The notes: a model not told the origin generated them from the letters alone. 60,641 nucleotides of DNA, filler included, from 6 parts of 6 records of this genome joined end to end with filler, not necessarily neighbours in it; one strand, 5' to 3'. Positions 39,334 to 49,732 are shown, counted from the first letter of the whole stretch. Program-made: numbers and translations.

Positions 39334-41493
39334 TCAGACTCCGGCTTTGGCAAAGGGCAGCGTGGTGACGGATTCCCCGGTCAGGGCACGCCACGCATTG
39401 GCGACGGCGGGGCCGATGGGCGGGGTGCCCGGCTCTCCGACGCCGGTGGGATCGGCGTCCGACTGGATGATCTCGACCATGACCTCGGGCATCTCGTTGA
39501 TGCGCAGCATCCGGTAGCTGTCGAAGTTCGACTGTTGCACCTCACCGCCCTCGGCCAGCGTGATCTCGTCGAAGAGCACAGAGCCAAGGCCGAAGCCGAT
39601 GCCGCCCTCCATCTGCGCGCGGATCACGTTGGGATTGACGGCGACGCCGCAATCCACCGCGCACCAGACGCGGGTCACACGCGGGAAACCGCCCGCGTCC
39701 TCGACCTCGGCGATTTCGGCCACATAGGTGCCGAAGCTTTCGTGCACCGCGACGCCGTAGCCCTTGCCGTCCTTGACCTTTTGGCCGTCCCAGCCCGCCA
39801 TCTCGGCGACCTTCTCCAGCACAGCCCGATCACGGCCCGCATCCGCCTTGATGAGGTCGAGCCGCCCCTGCACCGGGTCCTTGCCCTGCGCCTCGAGCAC
39901 CATGTCGAGGAAGACCTCGGTCGCATAGCCGGTGTGGGTGTGCCCGACAGAGCGCCACCACAGCACCGGAACCGGGCTTTCCATCTGCGCCCAGCCGGTG
40001 CGCGCGTTCGGCAGGTCGTAGGGCATCTTGGTCGCGCCCTCGTAAGAGGTCGGGTCCATGCCGTCCTGCATCATCTGCGCCATCGGGCCGCCCGCCATGA
40101 TCGACTGGTTGGCGATGATGTCCTCCCAGCCCAGCAGGGCGCCGTCCTCGGCCAGACCGGCGCGCATCCTGTGGACTGTCAGCGGGCGGTAGTAGCCGCC
40201 GTGCAGATCGTCCTCGCGGGTCCAGACCAGCTTGTAGACCCCCTGCCCCGCCGCCTTGGCGACCTCGGCCAGTTCGTTTGCGAAATGCGCCGTATCCTGC
40301 GCGCGGCGCCCGAAGGAGCCGCCCGCCAGCATGACGTTCAGCCGCACGTTCGCCGCGTCCATGCCCAGCACGCCGGCCACCGCGGGCAGGTCGAGCGCCG
40401 GGAACTGCGAGCCCATCCAGACCTCTGCCCCGTCCTCGCGGACCTCGATGACGCCGTCCAGCGGCTCCATCGGGGCGTGGGCGAGGAAGGGAAAGCGGAA
40501 CTCCGCCTCGATCACCTGCGCCGCGCCGTCGATGTCGGCGGCGCCGGTGCCCAGCACTTCGGCGTCCTTGCCGCCCCCGGCCGCCGCCTCGGAGAAGGCC
40601 TGATACAGCGCGTCCGAAGACCGCGTCTCGGCGCCGCTTTCGTCCCATTCGATGTCCAGCGCGTTGCGGCCCTGGATGGCCGCGAAGGTCGAGCGGGCGA
40701 TGACCGCGATGCCCTGCGGGATCTGGTGGACCGCCTCGACGCCCGCGACCTGCAAGGCCGCGCTGTCGTCATAGGACGCCACCGTGGCGCCGAACTTCGG
40801 CGGATGGGCCACGACCACGGTCTTCATGCCCTCGCGGTAGAGGTCCATGGTGAACTGCGCGGTGCCGTTCGACTTGGCCGCCGTGTCGAGCTTGGGCAGG
40901 TCCTGCCCGATCAGCACGAACTGATCCGCGCTCTTGACCGCCGGATCCTCGGGCACCGCCTGCTGCGCCGCCTTCTCGGCCAGCGCGCCAAAGCCCGAGC
41001 TCTTGTCGCCGTGGCGGATCACGCCCTTCTCGACGGTGATCTCCGAGACCTCGACGCCCCATTCCTCGGCAGCGGCGGCGACCAGCATGGCGCGGGCCGC
41101 GGCACCGGCCTTGCGCATCTGCATGTAGCTGTTGGCCATGGCGGTCGAGCCGCCCGTGCCCTGCATCCCGAAGGCGAGGTTCTTGTAAAGCTCGTTGTTG
41201 GCGGGCGCGTTCTCGGCGCGCATCTGCGACCAGTCGGCGTCCAGCTCTTCGGCGACCAGCGTGGCAAGGCCGGTGAAGGGCCCCTGCCCGAACTCGATAT
41301 GCTTGATGATGACCGTCACAGTGTCATCGGGCGCGATGCGGACGAAGGCGTTGGGCGCGAACTTGCCCTCGGTCCCGTCCGGCTGAAAGGCCAGCGCGGC
41401 ACCGGACTGGGCGCGGGCGGCCAAGGGCAGAGAGAGGCCGATCACCAGACCGGCGGAAGAGGCAAGGAAGCCCCTGCGGTTCATGCGTGTCAT
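39334..41493 (-). CDS. Molybdopterin-binding subunit, isoquinoline 1-oxidoreductase beta/aldehyde oxidoreductase family, Tat-exported
   Basis: NRRGFL Tat motif, EFGQG, TGGS, HAPMEP, GGSFGRR and GVGEP. Confidence 0.92.
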   Translation of the reverse strand: MTRMNRRGFLASSAGLVIGLSLPLAARAQSGAALAFQPDGTEGKFAPNAFVRIAPDDTVTVIIKHIEFGQGPFTGLATLVAEELDADWSQMRAENAPANNELYKNLAFGMQGTGGSTAMANSYMQMRKAGAAARAMLVAAAAEEWGVEVSEITVEKGVIRHGDKSSGFGALAEKAAQQAVPEDPAVKSADQFVLIGQDLPKLDTAAKSNGTAQFTMDLYREGMKTVVVAHPPKFGATVASYDDSAALQVAGVEAVHQIPQGIAVIARSTFAAIQGRNALDIEWDESGAETRSSDALYQAFSEAAAGGGKDAEVLGTGAADIDGAAQVIEAEFRFPFLAHAPMEPLDGVIEVREDGAEVWMGSQFPALDLPAVAGVLGMDAANVRLNVMLAGGSFGRRAQDTAHFANELAEVAKAAGQGVYKLVWTREDDLHGGYYRPLTVHRMRAGLAEDGALLGWEDIIANQSIMAGGPMAQMMQDGMDPTSYEGATKMPYDLPNARTGWAQMESPVPVLWWRSVGHTHTGYATEVFLDMVLEAQGKDPVQGRLDLIKADAGRDRAVLEKVAEMAGWDGQKVKDGKGYGVAVHESFGTYVAEIAEVEDAGGFPRVTRVWCAVDCGVAVNPNVIRAQMEGGIGFGLGSVLFDEITLAEGGEVQQSNFDSYRMLRINEMPEVMVEIIQSDADPTGVGEPGTPPIGPAVANAWRALTGESVTTLPFAKAGV

Positions 41494-41496
41494 GCC

Positions 41497-41958
41497 TCAA
41501 CCCTCCAAGCTGTCGGCGGCGTCGTGGATCGCCTTGCGGATGCGGACATAGGTGGCGCAGCGGCAGATGTTCCCCGCCATGGCGTTGTCGATGTCCTCGT
41601 CGGTGGGCTTGGGCACCTCGGTCAGAAGCGCCGTCGCGCTCATCACCTGACCGGACTGGCACCAGCCGCATTGCGGCACGTCGAGACCCTTCCAGGCCTC
41701 CTGCACGGCCTCGGCCTCGGGGCCCTCGAGCCCCTCGATGGTGGTGACGAAACTGCCCTCGACCATGGAAATCGGGGTGACGCAGGACCGCCGCGTCATG
41801 CCGTTCAGCATCACGGTGCAGGCGCCGCATTGCGCGACCCCGCAGCCGAATTTCGTGCCGGTAAGTTGAAGCTCGTCGCGGATGACCCACAAAAGCGGGG
41901 TGTCGGCGGGGACATCGACGGTGACATCCTCACCGTTGAGTTCGAAGGTGATGGCCAT
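41497..41958 (-). CDS. 2Fe-2S subunit (IorA-like)
   Basis: [20 protein letters not shown] and NICRC motifs. Confidence 0.93.
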   Translation of the reverse strand: MAITFELNGEDVTVDVPADTPLLWVIRDELQLTGTKFGCGVAQCGACTVMLNGMTRRSCVTPISMVEGSFVTTIEGLEGPEAEAVQEAWKGLDVPQCGWCQSGQVMSATALLTEVPKPTDEDIDNAMAGNICRCATYVRIRKAIHDAADSLEG

Positions 41959-42132
41959 GGACTGCCTCCCTGGCTGGCGTGGTGGCTTGGGTATGATCGG
42001 GACCTAGCCTGACCGCGCCCCGCGTCTAGACGTGGACGCAGATTTGCCGATCGGCCCACCCGGCGGACCGGCGCCCTCGCGTCGCCTGCCGCGCTGAACC
42101 ACGGGGCCGCCCGCAACCAGCCCCCCGGCGCC

Positions 42133-43086
42133 TCAGCCCGCGCGGCCCGGCAGCCGCATCAGCGCCGCCTTCATGCGGGCATAGACCTCTGCCGGGTCGG
42201 TGCAGCCGTTCAACCACAGACAGTTGTCCGGTTTGCCGGTCTGGCGCAGCCAGTCGACGACGGTCATGCCCGTGGTCAGCGCCCCGGCGCATTCCACGTC
42301 CACCGGACACAGCCGCCCGGTGAAAAGCTCGGGCCAGAGCAGCGCCGCCACCGCCACCGCATCGTGCAGGGGCCGCGACCGCGTGCCGTATTTGGCGTTC
42401 CCGTAGCGCTCGAAGAACTCCATCATGCCGCCACAGGCGCGCATCACGTCGCCGCCCTCGGCAATCAGGTCCCGCGACCAGCCGACCGGCGCGGGCGCGG
42501 CATGGGTGCAATCCAGCGGCACGGCGGTGATCGGCACGCCGGACTCCAGCACGATGCGCGCCGCCTCGGGGTCCACGAGGATGTTGTATTCGGCGGCGGG
42601 CGTCATGTTGCCTCCCTCGAAATAGCCGCCCCCCATGAAGACGATCCGCGCGAGCTTCGCCGCCATCCGGGGTTCGCGCCGCAGTGCCAGCGCCACGTTG
42701 GTCTGCGGGCCAAGCGCGATCAGTGTCACCGGCTCGGGGTGCGTCATGACCGTCCGCACGAGGAAATCGACCGCATGCTCCGCCTCGGGGCCGCGCTTCG
42801 CCTCGGCCCAGTCCCAGCCGTCGATGCCGGTCTCGCCGTGGATCTCGGGCACCGGGCGCGGCGCGCGCAGGATCGGCCGGGCAGAGCCCGCATGGACCGG
42901 CACCGCCCCCTGCCCCGCCAGTTCCACGATGCGCCGCGCGTTGTCGGTGGTCTGCGCCAGCCCCATGTTCCCCGCCACCGTGGTCAGGCCCAGCACCCGA
43001 AGCTCCGGTGATCCCAGCGCAAGAAGAATCGCAAAGGCGTCGTCCTGTCCGGGGTCGGTGTCGATGATGACCGGCGTTTTCTGCAT
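42133..43086 (-). CDS. Nucleoside hydrolase (IU-NH family)
   Basis: DTDPGQDD Ca-binding motif, TTVAGN, HG..G, GN.TPAAEYN and PLHD. Confidence 0.92.
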   Translation of the reverse strand: MQKTPVIIDTDPGQDDAFAILLALGSPELRVLGLTTVAGNMGLAQTTDNARRIVELAGQGAVPVHAGSARPILRAPRPVPEIHGETGIDGWDWAEAKRGPEAEHAVDFLVRTVMTHPEPVTLIALGPQTNVALALRREPRMAAKLARIVFMGGGYFEGGNMTPAAEYNILVDPEAARIVLESGVPITAVPLDCTHAAPAPVGWSRDLIAEGGDVMRACGGMMEFFERYGNAKYGTRSRPLHDAVAVAALLWPELFTGRLCPVDVECAGALTTGMTVVDWLRQTGKPDNCLWLNGCTDPAEVYARMKAALMRLPGRAG

Positions 43087-43216
43087 CTGTTCTCTCCTGT
43101 CGCGCGCCCCCTGCCCCGCAAAAGGTGACTCGGCGCTGCATTTTTGGGCGATCTCCCGGGGGGACCGGGTTTTTTCCCGGTCAAGGCGCTTGATCGCATT
43201 GCCCCGGCGTCAATAG

Positions 43217-43238
43217 TGTATCCTGTATACAGTATGCA
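43217..43238. promoter_or_regulatory. Probable GntR/FCD operator
   Basis: TGTATCCTGTATACAGTATGCA is a near-palindrome with a perfect CTGTATACAG core. It sits between the divergent hydrolase and dioxygenase genes, and the operon contains a GntR gene. Confidence 0.7.
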
Positions 43239-43253
43239 GATAGGGAGACCCGC

Positions 43254-44228
43254 ATGAAAGGCGAATTCGACAATATCCCCGTGGTGGACCTGTCCGGGCT
43301 GATGCCAGAGGCCACTTCGGAGGCACGCGGCCAGACCGTCGCCGCCCTGAAAGAGGCGCTGGAGACCTCGGGCTTTGCCTATCTGGCGAACCACGGCGTG
43401 TCGGAAAATCTGGTAGAGCGGATGCGGCAGATGAACGTGGCCTTCCACGACCTGCCGATCGAGGACAAGATGGCGTTGAAGATCAACGACTTCCATCGCG
43501 GGTACATGCCCATGTCCACATCGACCATCGTCACCTCCTCGGTGGCCAAGGTGACGAAGCCGAACCAGTCCGAAAGCCTCATGGTCATGCATGAGGTCTC
43601 TCCCGACGCCCCCCATGCCGGAGAGCCCCTGCAAGGCCCCAACCAGTTCCCCGCCAGCCTGCCCGAAGTCGAAGAGACCGCCCTTGCCTACATGGCAGAG
43701 ATGACGGGTCTGGGGCAGCGCCTCGCCGGCGCGCTGGCAGAGGCGCTGGGGCTGGAACGCGACTGGTTCGACAAGTATTTCGAGGACCCGACCCTGTTCC
43801 TGCGGCTGCTGCACTATCCGGAGCAACCGGACGAGGACAAGCTCTTCGGCTCCGCCCCCCACACCGATTACGGCTTCGTCACGCTGCTGAAGCAGGATGA
43901 CGTCGGCGGGCTGGAAGTGCGCAACACGCACGGCGACTGGATCCCCGCGCCGCCGATCCCCGGCACCTTCGTCATGAACGTCGGCGACATCCTCGCCAAG
44001 TGGTCGAACGGGCGCTTCGTCTCGACCCCGCACCGGGTGCGCAACCTGTCCAAGCGCGACCGCTACTCGCAGCCCTTCTTCTACGACCCCTCCATGAGCG
44101 CGCTGGTCGAATGCCCGCCCGCCATGCTGGACGCCGGGGAAGAGCCGCGCATGAAGCCCGTCCTCTACGGCGATTACCTGCTGGACCGGCTGAACCGCAA
44201 TTACGACTACCGCAAGAAAGCCTCCTGA
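43254..44228 (+). CDS. Isopenicillin N synthase-family 2OG-Fe(II) dioxygenase
   Basis: IPVVDL, GFAYL.NHGV, HTD...HRV metal triad and the RYS 2OG-binding motif. Confidence 0.93.
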   Translation: MKGEFDNIPVVDLSGLMPEATSEARGQTVAALKEALETSGFAYLANHGVSENLVERMRQMNVAFHDLPIEDKMALKINDFHRGYMPMSTSTIVTSSVAKVTKPNQSESLMVMHEVSPDAPHAGEPLQGPNQFPASLPEVEETALAYMAEMTGLGQRLAGALAEALGLERDWFDKYFEDPTLFLRLLHYPEQPDEDKLFGSAPHTDYGFVTLLKQDDVGGLEVRNTHGDWIPAPPIPGTFVMNVGDILAKWSNGRFVSTPHRVRNLSKRDRYSQPFFYDPSMSALVECPPAMLDAGEEPRMKPVLYGDYLLDRLNRNYDYRKKAS

Positions 44229-44326
44229 ACGCCCCTGACGGTTCGGGACAGGCCACGGAAGACCACCACTCACGAAACGACCCATCCCGGCACCCACACG
44301 GCACCTACACGAAGGGACATCCATTC

Positions 44327-45373
44327 ATGAAAGACTTCGACCGCCGCCACATGCTCAAGGCGCTCGTCGCCCTGGGCGGCGCCTCCGTTCTGAACGTCCC
44401 CGCCCTGCACGCGCAGGCGCAGGATCTCGTCATCACCACCTATGGCGGATCGTGGGAGAAGTTCTGGCGCGACATCCTGATCCCCGCCTTCAGCAAGGAA
44501 AGCGGCATCGACCCGACGCTGGATATCGGGCTGGGCCGCACCTACACCACCAACATCCGCGCCGCCGGGGCGGAGAACCCGCCCTACTCCTGCGTCATGA
44601 CCAACGAGATCTACTCGACCGTCCTGCGCGACGAGGGCTATTTCGAGAAGCTCGACCTGTCGAAACTGCCGAACTACGCCGACCTCTACCCGGTCGCCAC
44701 CAAGGCCTCCGACGGTTATGCCGCCGTGGGGCTGATCTCTCCCATCGGGATCGGCTACCGCACGGACATGGTCTCGGAACCGCCGACCAAATGGACGGAC
44801 CTCTGGGAGAACCCCGAACTGGCAGGGCGGCTGGGCCTTTACAACATCGTCAACTCGGCCGGGAAGATGTTCCTGATGCTGACCTCCAAGATCTACGGAT
44901 CGGGCATCGACGACCTCGACACCGGCTTCGCCAAGCTCAAGGAACTGGGCCGCGTCTACCAGACCGACTTCAACATGAGCACCGCCATGGCCACCGGAGA
45001 GATCGCCGTCGCGCCCTTCGACTTCGGCGAGATCGCGCGCCTGCGCAATCAGGGCCTGCCGGTCGATTGCATCATCCCCGAAGAGGGGCTGATGATGTGG
45101 GACCAGACCTTCAACATCGCCACCAACACCGCCGCCCGCGAAGAGGCCTACGCCTATCTCGACTTCGTGCTGGGCCCGGTGGGTCAGGATCTGCTGATGC
45201 GCGAATTCCTCGTCTCGCCGGTCAACACCAAGGTCACAGTGCCGCCGGAACTGGAACGCGACGTGCCCGTCTCGGGCGCCGCCATGGACCAGTTCATCGA
45301 ATGGGACTGGGACCTCATGAACGACAACGCCGAGGAAATCGCCCGCCGCTGGAACGAGATCTTCGGCGCCTGA
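44327..45373 (+). CDS. ABC substrate-binding protein (PotD/thiamine-like cluster), Tat signal
   Basis: DRRHMLK Tat-like signal, YGGSW, PTKWTDLW and IPEEG. Confidence 0.88.
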   Translation: MKDFDRRHMLKALVALGGASVLNVPALHAQAQDLVITTYGGSWEKFWRDILIPAFSKESGIDPTLDIGLGRTYTTNIRAAGAENPPYSCVMTNEIYSTVLRDEGYFEKLDLSKLPNYADLYPVATKASDGYAAVGLISPIGIGYRTDMVSEPPTKWTDLWENPELAGRLGLYNIVNSAGKMFLMLTSKIYGSGIDDLDTGFAKLKELGRVYQTDFNMSTAMATGEIAVAPFDFGEIARLRNQGLPVDCIIPEEGLMMWDQTFNIATNTAAREEAYAYLDFVLGPVGQDLLMREFLVSPVNTKVTVPPELERDVPVSGAAMDQFIEWDWDLMNDNAEEIARRWNEIFGA

Positions 45374-45454
45374 CGACCCCGTCACTCCCTGACTCCCGCC
45401 CGCGTCCCCTCGGGGCCGGGCGGGCCTTTTGCCCTTTACAGATACCGGAACCCG

Positions 45455-46513
45455 ATGACCGAAGTCTCGCTGCGCGCGCTCCAGAAACACTACGGCAAGA
45501 CGCTGGCCCTGAAGGGCATTTCCCTCGACGTGGGCCATGGCGAGTTCGTCTCGCTGCTGGGCCCCTCGGGCTGCGGCAAGTCGACCACGCTGAAATGCAT
45601 CGCCGGCTTCGAAGAGGTCTCGGACGGCCGGATCTGCTTCGACGACCGCGACATCTCGCGCAAGCTGCCCGAAGACCGCGACATCGGCATGGTCTTCCAG
45701 AGCTATGCGCTGTTCCCCCACATGACCGTGGCGCAGAACCTTGCCTTCGGGCTCGAGATGCGCCGCCTGCCCCGCCCGCAGATCGCCGAGCGCGTGGCCC
45801 GGGCCATGGACATGGTGCAGCTGACCCCCTACGCCGACCGCTACCCCAAGGCGCTGTCCGGCGGCCAGCAGCAGCGCGTGGCGCTGGCCCGCGCGCTGGT
45901 CATCGAACCGGCGATCCTGCTGCTGGACGAGCCGCTCGCAAACCTCGACGCCAAGCTGCGCGGCGAGATGCGCGGCTTCATCCGCGACCTGCAGCGGCGC
46001 GTCGGCATCACCACGATCTACGTCACCCACGATCAGGACGAGGCCATGAGCATGTCCGACCGCGTCGTGGTGATGTTCGACGGAGAAATCGCGCAGGCTG
46101 CCCCGCCCGAAGAGGTCTACGACCGCCCCGCCTCGGAACGGGTGGCGCGCTTCGTGGGCAATGCCAATATCCTCGACCTGCCGGTGGCGCGCGACGCCAC
46201 GGGGCTGGGCGTCACCCTGCCCGGCGGTGCCGCGCTGCCCCTGTCCGCCCCCGCGCCATGGGCCAACGGCCACCTGCGCGTCATGGCGCGGCCCGAACAG
46301 ATCACCCTGACGGAGCCCGGCTCCGGCCACCTCTCGGGCCGCATCGCCCGGCGGTCCTTCAACGGCGGGCATGTTGAATACAACGTGCATACAGACTGCG
46401 GAGAGTTGATGGTCGAGGCCCCGACCACCCGGCAGGTGGCCGAGGGAGAGACCATCGGCCTGCGCCTCGACCCCGCGCGGCTCTGGCCCATCGCCCCGGA
46501 GGCCGCGCCATGA
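45455..46513 (+). CDS. ABC ATP-binding protein (PotA-like)
   Basis: GPSGCGKST, FQSYALFPH, LSGGQQQR and a TOBE domain. Confidence 0.93.
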   Translation: MTEVSLRALQKHYGKTLALKGISLDVGHGEFVSLLGPSGCGKSTTLKCIAGFEEVSDGRICFDDRDISRKLPEDRDIGMVFQSYALFPHMTVAQNLAFGLEMRRLPRPQIAERVARAMDMVQLTPYADRYPKALSGGQQQRVALARALVIEPAILLLDEPLANLDAKLRGEMRGFIRDLQRRVGITTIYVTHDQDEAMSMSDRVVVMFDGEIAQAAPPEEVYDRPASERVARFVGNANILDLPVARDATGLGVTLPGGAALPLSAPAPWANGHLRVMARPEQITLTEPGSGHLSGRIARRSFNGGHVEYNVHTDCGELMVEAPTTRQVAEGETIGLRLDPARLWPIAPEAAP

Positions 46514-47349
46514 AGCGGCTTCGCGCCTCGCTGCTGATCGCGCCCGCCGCGGCGCTGATCTTTGCCTTCATCGTGCTGCCCTATGTCACCGTGCTGGTGA
46601 TGAGCTTCCGCACCCCGGCGCAGGGCCAGCCCTATGGCGAGGGCTTCGGTTTCGACGGCTATGCGCAGTTCTTCGGACAGGCCTATTACGCGTGGTCGCT
46701 GCCGCAGACCATGGCGCTCGGCATGGCGACGACGGCGCTCTGCCTGTTGCTCGGCTATCCGATCGCCCTGCACATCGCCACCGCCTCGCGCCGCTGGCGC
46801 GGGCTTCTCTACGGCATCGTGCTTTCGCCCCTGCTGGTCGGCATCGTCGTGCGCAGCTACGGCTGGACCATCCTTCTGGGCAACTCGGGCGTCATCAACG
46901 CGACCCTCAAGAGCCTTGGCCTGATCGACCGCCCGCTGCCCCTGATGTACAACAACTTCGGCGTGATCCTTGCGCTGGCGCATGTCTTCCTGCCCTTCAT
47001 GGTGCTGCCGCTGCTGGCCGCGCTGCAGGGCATGGACCCCGCCGTCGCGCAGGCGGCGCGGTCGCTGGGCGCCCGACGGCTGACCATCTTCCGCCGCGTG
47101 ACCTTCCCGGTTTCCATGCCGGGCGTGCAGGCGGGCTGCATCCTCGTCTTCGTGCTGGCGATCTCGTCCTATGTGACCCCCGCGCTGGTCGGAGGGATGC
47201 GGGTCAAGACCACGACCATCCTCGTCGTCGACGCGCTGATCGACCAGTTCCAATGGCCCTTCGGCTCGGCCATGGCGCTGGTGCTGGCGGTCTCTGCCGG
47301 GCTCGTCGTGCTGATCTTCGCCCGCCTTACGCGCATGAAGTGGACCTGA
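46510..47349 (+). CDS. ABC permease (PotB-like)
   Basis: GYPIA, VRSYGW and AARSLGA motifs. Confidence 0.9.
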   Translation: MKRLRASLLIAPAAALIFAFIVLPYVTVLVMSFRTPAQGQPYGEGFGFDGYAQFFGQAYYAWSLPQTMALGMATTALCLLLGYPIALHIATASRRWRGLLYGIVLSPLLVGIVVRSYGWTILLGNSGVINATLKSLGLIDRPLPLMYNNFGVILALAHVFLPFMVLPLLAALQGMDPAVAQAARSLGARRLTIFRRVTFPVSMPGVQAGCILVFVLAISSYVTPALVGGMRVKTTTILVVDALIDQFQWPFGSAMALVLAVSAGLVVLIFARLTRMKWT

Positions 47350-47352
47350 CCC

Positions 47353-48132
47353 ATGCAGATCGCCACCCCGCTGCTCGCCCTCTTCCGACTGGCCATCTAC
47401 GCCTTCCTGCTGGCCCCCATCGCCGTGGTCGTGCTGGCCTCGTTCAACGCTGGAAACTTCCTGACCTTCCCGCCGCAGGGCCTGTCGCTACGCTGGTTCT
47501 GGACCTTCCTCGACAACGACATCTTCATCGACGCCATCCTCTACTCGGCCACGCTCGCCGCCGCCGCGACCGCCGTCTCGCTGGTCGTCGGCACCATGGC
47601 CGCGCTCTACTTCGTGCGCCACGCCGGGCGCGCGGCGGAAACCGTGCGGGTCGGCGTGCTGCTGCCGCTGATCCTGCCCGAGATCCTGACCGCCATCGCG
47701 CTGCTGTTCTTCTTCTACGAGATCGGCATCGGCACCACCCACCAGATCGCGCTCTTCACCGGCCACGTTCTGATGACGCTGCCTTTCGTCTTTCTCAACG
47801 TCGTGACCTCCCTGCAGGGTCGCGACGATTCGGTGGAACTTGCGGCGCGCACGCTGGGCGCCTCGCGCTACACCGCCTTCCGCCGCATCACCCTGCCGCT
47901 GATCGCGCCGGGCCTCGCCACGGGTGCGGTCTTTGCTTTCATCATCAGCTTTGACACATTCGGCGTGTCCTTCATCCTGAAGGGCACCGGGTCGGCCCCG
48001 CTTCCGATCCAGCTGTACGATTACCTGCGTTTCAACTTCACCCCAGAGGCCGCCGCCGTGTCCACCGTCTCCATTCTGCTGACCCTCGTTCTGGTCACCG
48101 CCGCCGATCTGCTGTTTGGCCGCAAGGACTAG
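47353..48132 (+). CDS. ABC permease (PotC-like)
   Basis: FPPQGLSLRW, AARTLGA and ISFD motifs. Confidence 0.9.
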   Translation: MQIATPLLALFRLAIYAFLLAPIAVVVLASFNAGNFLTFPPQGLSLRWFWTFLDNDIFIDAILYSATLAAAATAVSLVVGTMAALYFVRHAGRAAETVRVGVLLPLILPEILTAIALLFFFYEIGIGTTHQIALFTGHVLMTLPFVFLNVVTSLQGRDDSVELAARTLGASRYTAFRRITLPLIAPGLATGAVFAFIISFDTFGVSFILKGTGSAPLPIQLYDYLRFNFTPEAAAVSTVSILLTLVLVTAADLLFGRKD

Positions 48133-48135
48133 GCC

Positions 48136-48831
48136 ATGGAGGAACTGGAAACGCGCCTGAACCTCCGGCCCATCGGACTGGAGGTCGCCGACCGCCTCGA
48201 ATCCGCCATCGTGCGCGAGCGCTTCGCCCCCGGAGAGCCCCTGCGAGAGCTCGAGATCTGCGCCCGCTTCGGCGTCTCGCGCTCTCCGCTGCGCGAGGCC
48301 TTCCAGATCCTCGAGACGCGCGGGCTGGTCGAACGCCGCCCGCGCCTTGGCACCCGGGTCACCGTCCTGTCGGTGACCAACCTCGACGAGATCGCCATCT
48401 GCCGCATCCCGCTGGAGGCCGCCTGCGCGCGCCTTCTGGCCGCCCGCCCCGATCGCGCGGCGCTGGCCGAGGCGCTTACGGTCGAGCTGGACGCCATGCT
48501 GCGCGCCCGCGCCGAAGACCGGCCCACCGACGGCTTCGAGGCCAATGTCCGCATGACCGCCCTGCTGCACGAACGCTGCGGGAACTCCGTCCTGCTGAAG
48601 CTTCTGCGGCAACTCGACAGCCCGGCGCTGCGCTACCGCTACCACGCCTATGCCCGCTCTCCGCAGATGCTGGACGCGATGATCGACAGCAACGCCGCGA
48701 TGATCGACGCCATCCGCGCGGGCGACGAAACCGCCGCGCAGGAGATCACCGAGCACCTCGTCCGCGAGGCATGGCAGACCATGCGGCAGTCGTTTCTCAA
48801 CGCCTATCCCACCGGCGAGAGCGATGGCTGA
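48136..48831 (+). CDS. GntR-family regulator (FCD)
   Basis: wHTH PGEPLRE...FGVSRSPLREA followed by an FCD domain. Confidence 0.9.
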   Translation: MEELETRLNLRPIGLEVADRLESAIVRERFAPGEPLRELEICARFGVSRSPLREAFQILETRGLVERRPRLGTRVTVLSVTNLDEIAICRIPLEAACARLLAARPDRAALAEALTVELDAMLRARAEDRPTDGFEANVRMTALLHERCGNSVLLKLLRQLDSPALRYRYHAYARSPQMLDAMIDSNAAMIDAIRAGDETAAQEITEHLVREAWQTMRQSFLNAYPTGESDG

Positions 48832-49732
48832 GCGTCCCGACATCCCGCTTCTGGGCTACATGATGGACAGCGTGACCGACGCGCTGTCCGAGATCGGGCA
48901 GGTCATTCCGGCCGCCGACCTTGCCGCGCTGCCCGCGAAGCGCCGGGCCGCCATGACCTGCGCTGTCAGTTCGGCGGTGACGGGCGCGCCCCCTGCCCTG
49001 CTGGACATGCTGCCGGGCCTTCGGCACATCGTCTCTGCCGGCGCGGGCCGCGACCCCTACGACCCGGCGGCGCTGGTGGCGCACGGGATCACCCTGCACG
49101 ACACCGGGGCGCTGGTCTCTTCGGACACCGCCGATATGGCCATCGCCCTGCTCTACGCTCTGGCCCGCGACATCGTCCGCGCCGATGCCCACGTCCGCAC
49201 GCAGGCCTGGGCGCAGGCGCACTTCGGCAGCCGATTCCGCGTCTCCGGGCGCTCCGTCGGCGTGGTCGGGCTTGGGCGCATCGGGTATCTGGTGGCGCAA
49301 CGCCTCGAAGGCTGCGGCCTGCGCCCGGTCTATCACACACGCAATCCTCGCGCCGACGCGCCGTGGCCGCACGAGCCCCATCTGGAGGCTTTGGCGCGGC
49401 GCGTGGACTTCCTTGTCCTGACGGTCCCCGGCGGTCCGGCGACCGATGGGCTGATCGACGCGCGCATCCTGAGCGCCCTTGGTCCGCAGGGCTATCTCAT
49501 CAACGTGGCGCGCGGCAGCGTGGTCGACGAAGAGGCCCTGATCGACGCCCTGTCCCGGGGCACCATCGCGGGGGCCGCCTTGGACGTCTTTCGCGCGGAA
49601 CCCGAACCGGATGCCCGGTTTGCCGCCCTGCCCAACACCATCCTGACCCCGCATGTCGCCGCCATCACCGGCGATTATGCCGAGGAACTGGCGCGCGACA
49701 TCTGCCGTCAGGTCTCTGCGCTGCTGCCCTGA
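48824..49732 (+). CDS. D-2-hydroxyacid dehydrogenase (glyoxylate/hydroxypyruvate reductase-like)
   Basis: GLGRIG, INVARG, ALDVF..EP and TPH motifs. Confidence 0.88.
   Translation: MAERPDIPLLGYMMDSVTDALSEIGQVIPAADLAALPAKRRAAMTCAVSSAVTGAPPALLDMLPGLRHIVSAGAGRDPYDPAALVAHGITLHDTGALVSSDTADMAIALLYALARDIVRADAHVRTQAWAQAHFGSRFRVSGRSVGVVGLGRIGYLVAQRLEGCGLRPVYHTRNPRADAPWPHEPHLEALARRVDFLVLTVPGGPATDGLIDARILSALGPQGYLINVARGSVVDEEALIDALSRGTIAGAALDVFRAEPEPDARFAALPNTILTPHVAAITGDYAEELARDICRQVSALLP

Noticed and set aside
38773-42012. 1079-aa plus-strand ORF
   Set aside because: It is the antisense shadow of iorAB and the cytochrome gene in high-GC DNA, with no motifs and Arg/Gly/Ala-biased composition.
44000-44326. 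109-aa N-terminal extension of the SBP ORF
   Set aside because: It overlaps the dioxygenase. The real start is the ATG at 44327, which has an RBS-like GAAGGGA and a Tat signal.
44270-46390. 706-aa minus-strand and 641-aa alternative-frame ORFs over the ABC genes
   Set aside because: They overlap well-supported SBP and ATPase genes and are typical high-GC artefacts.
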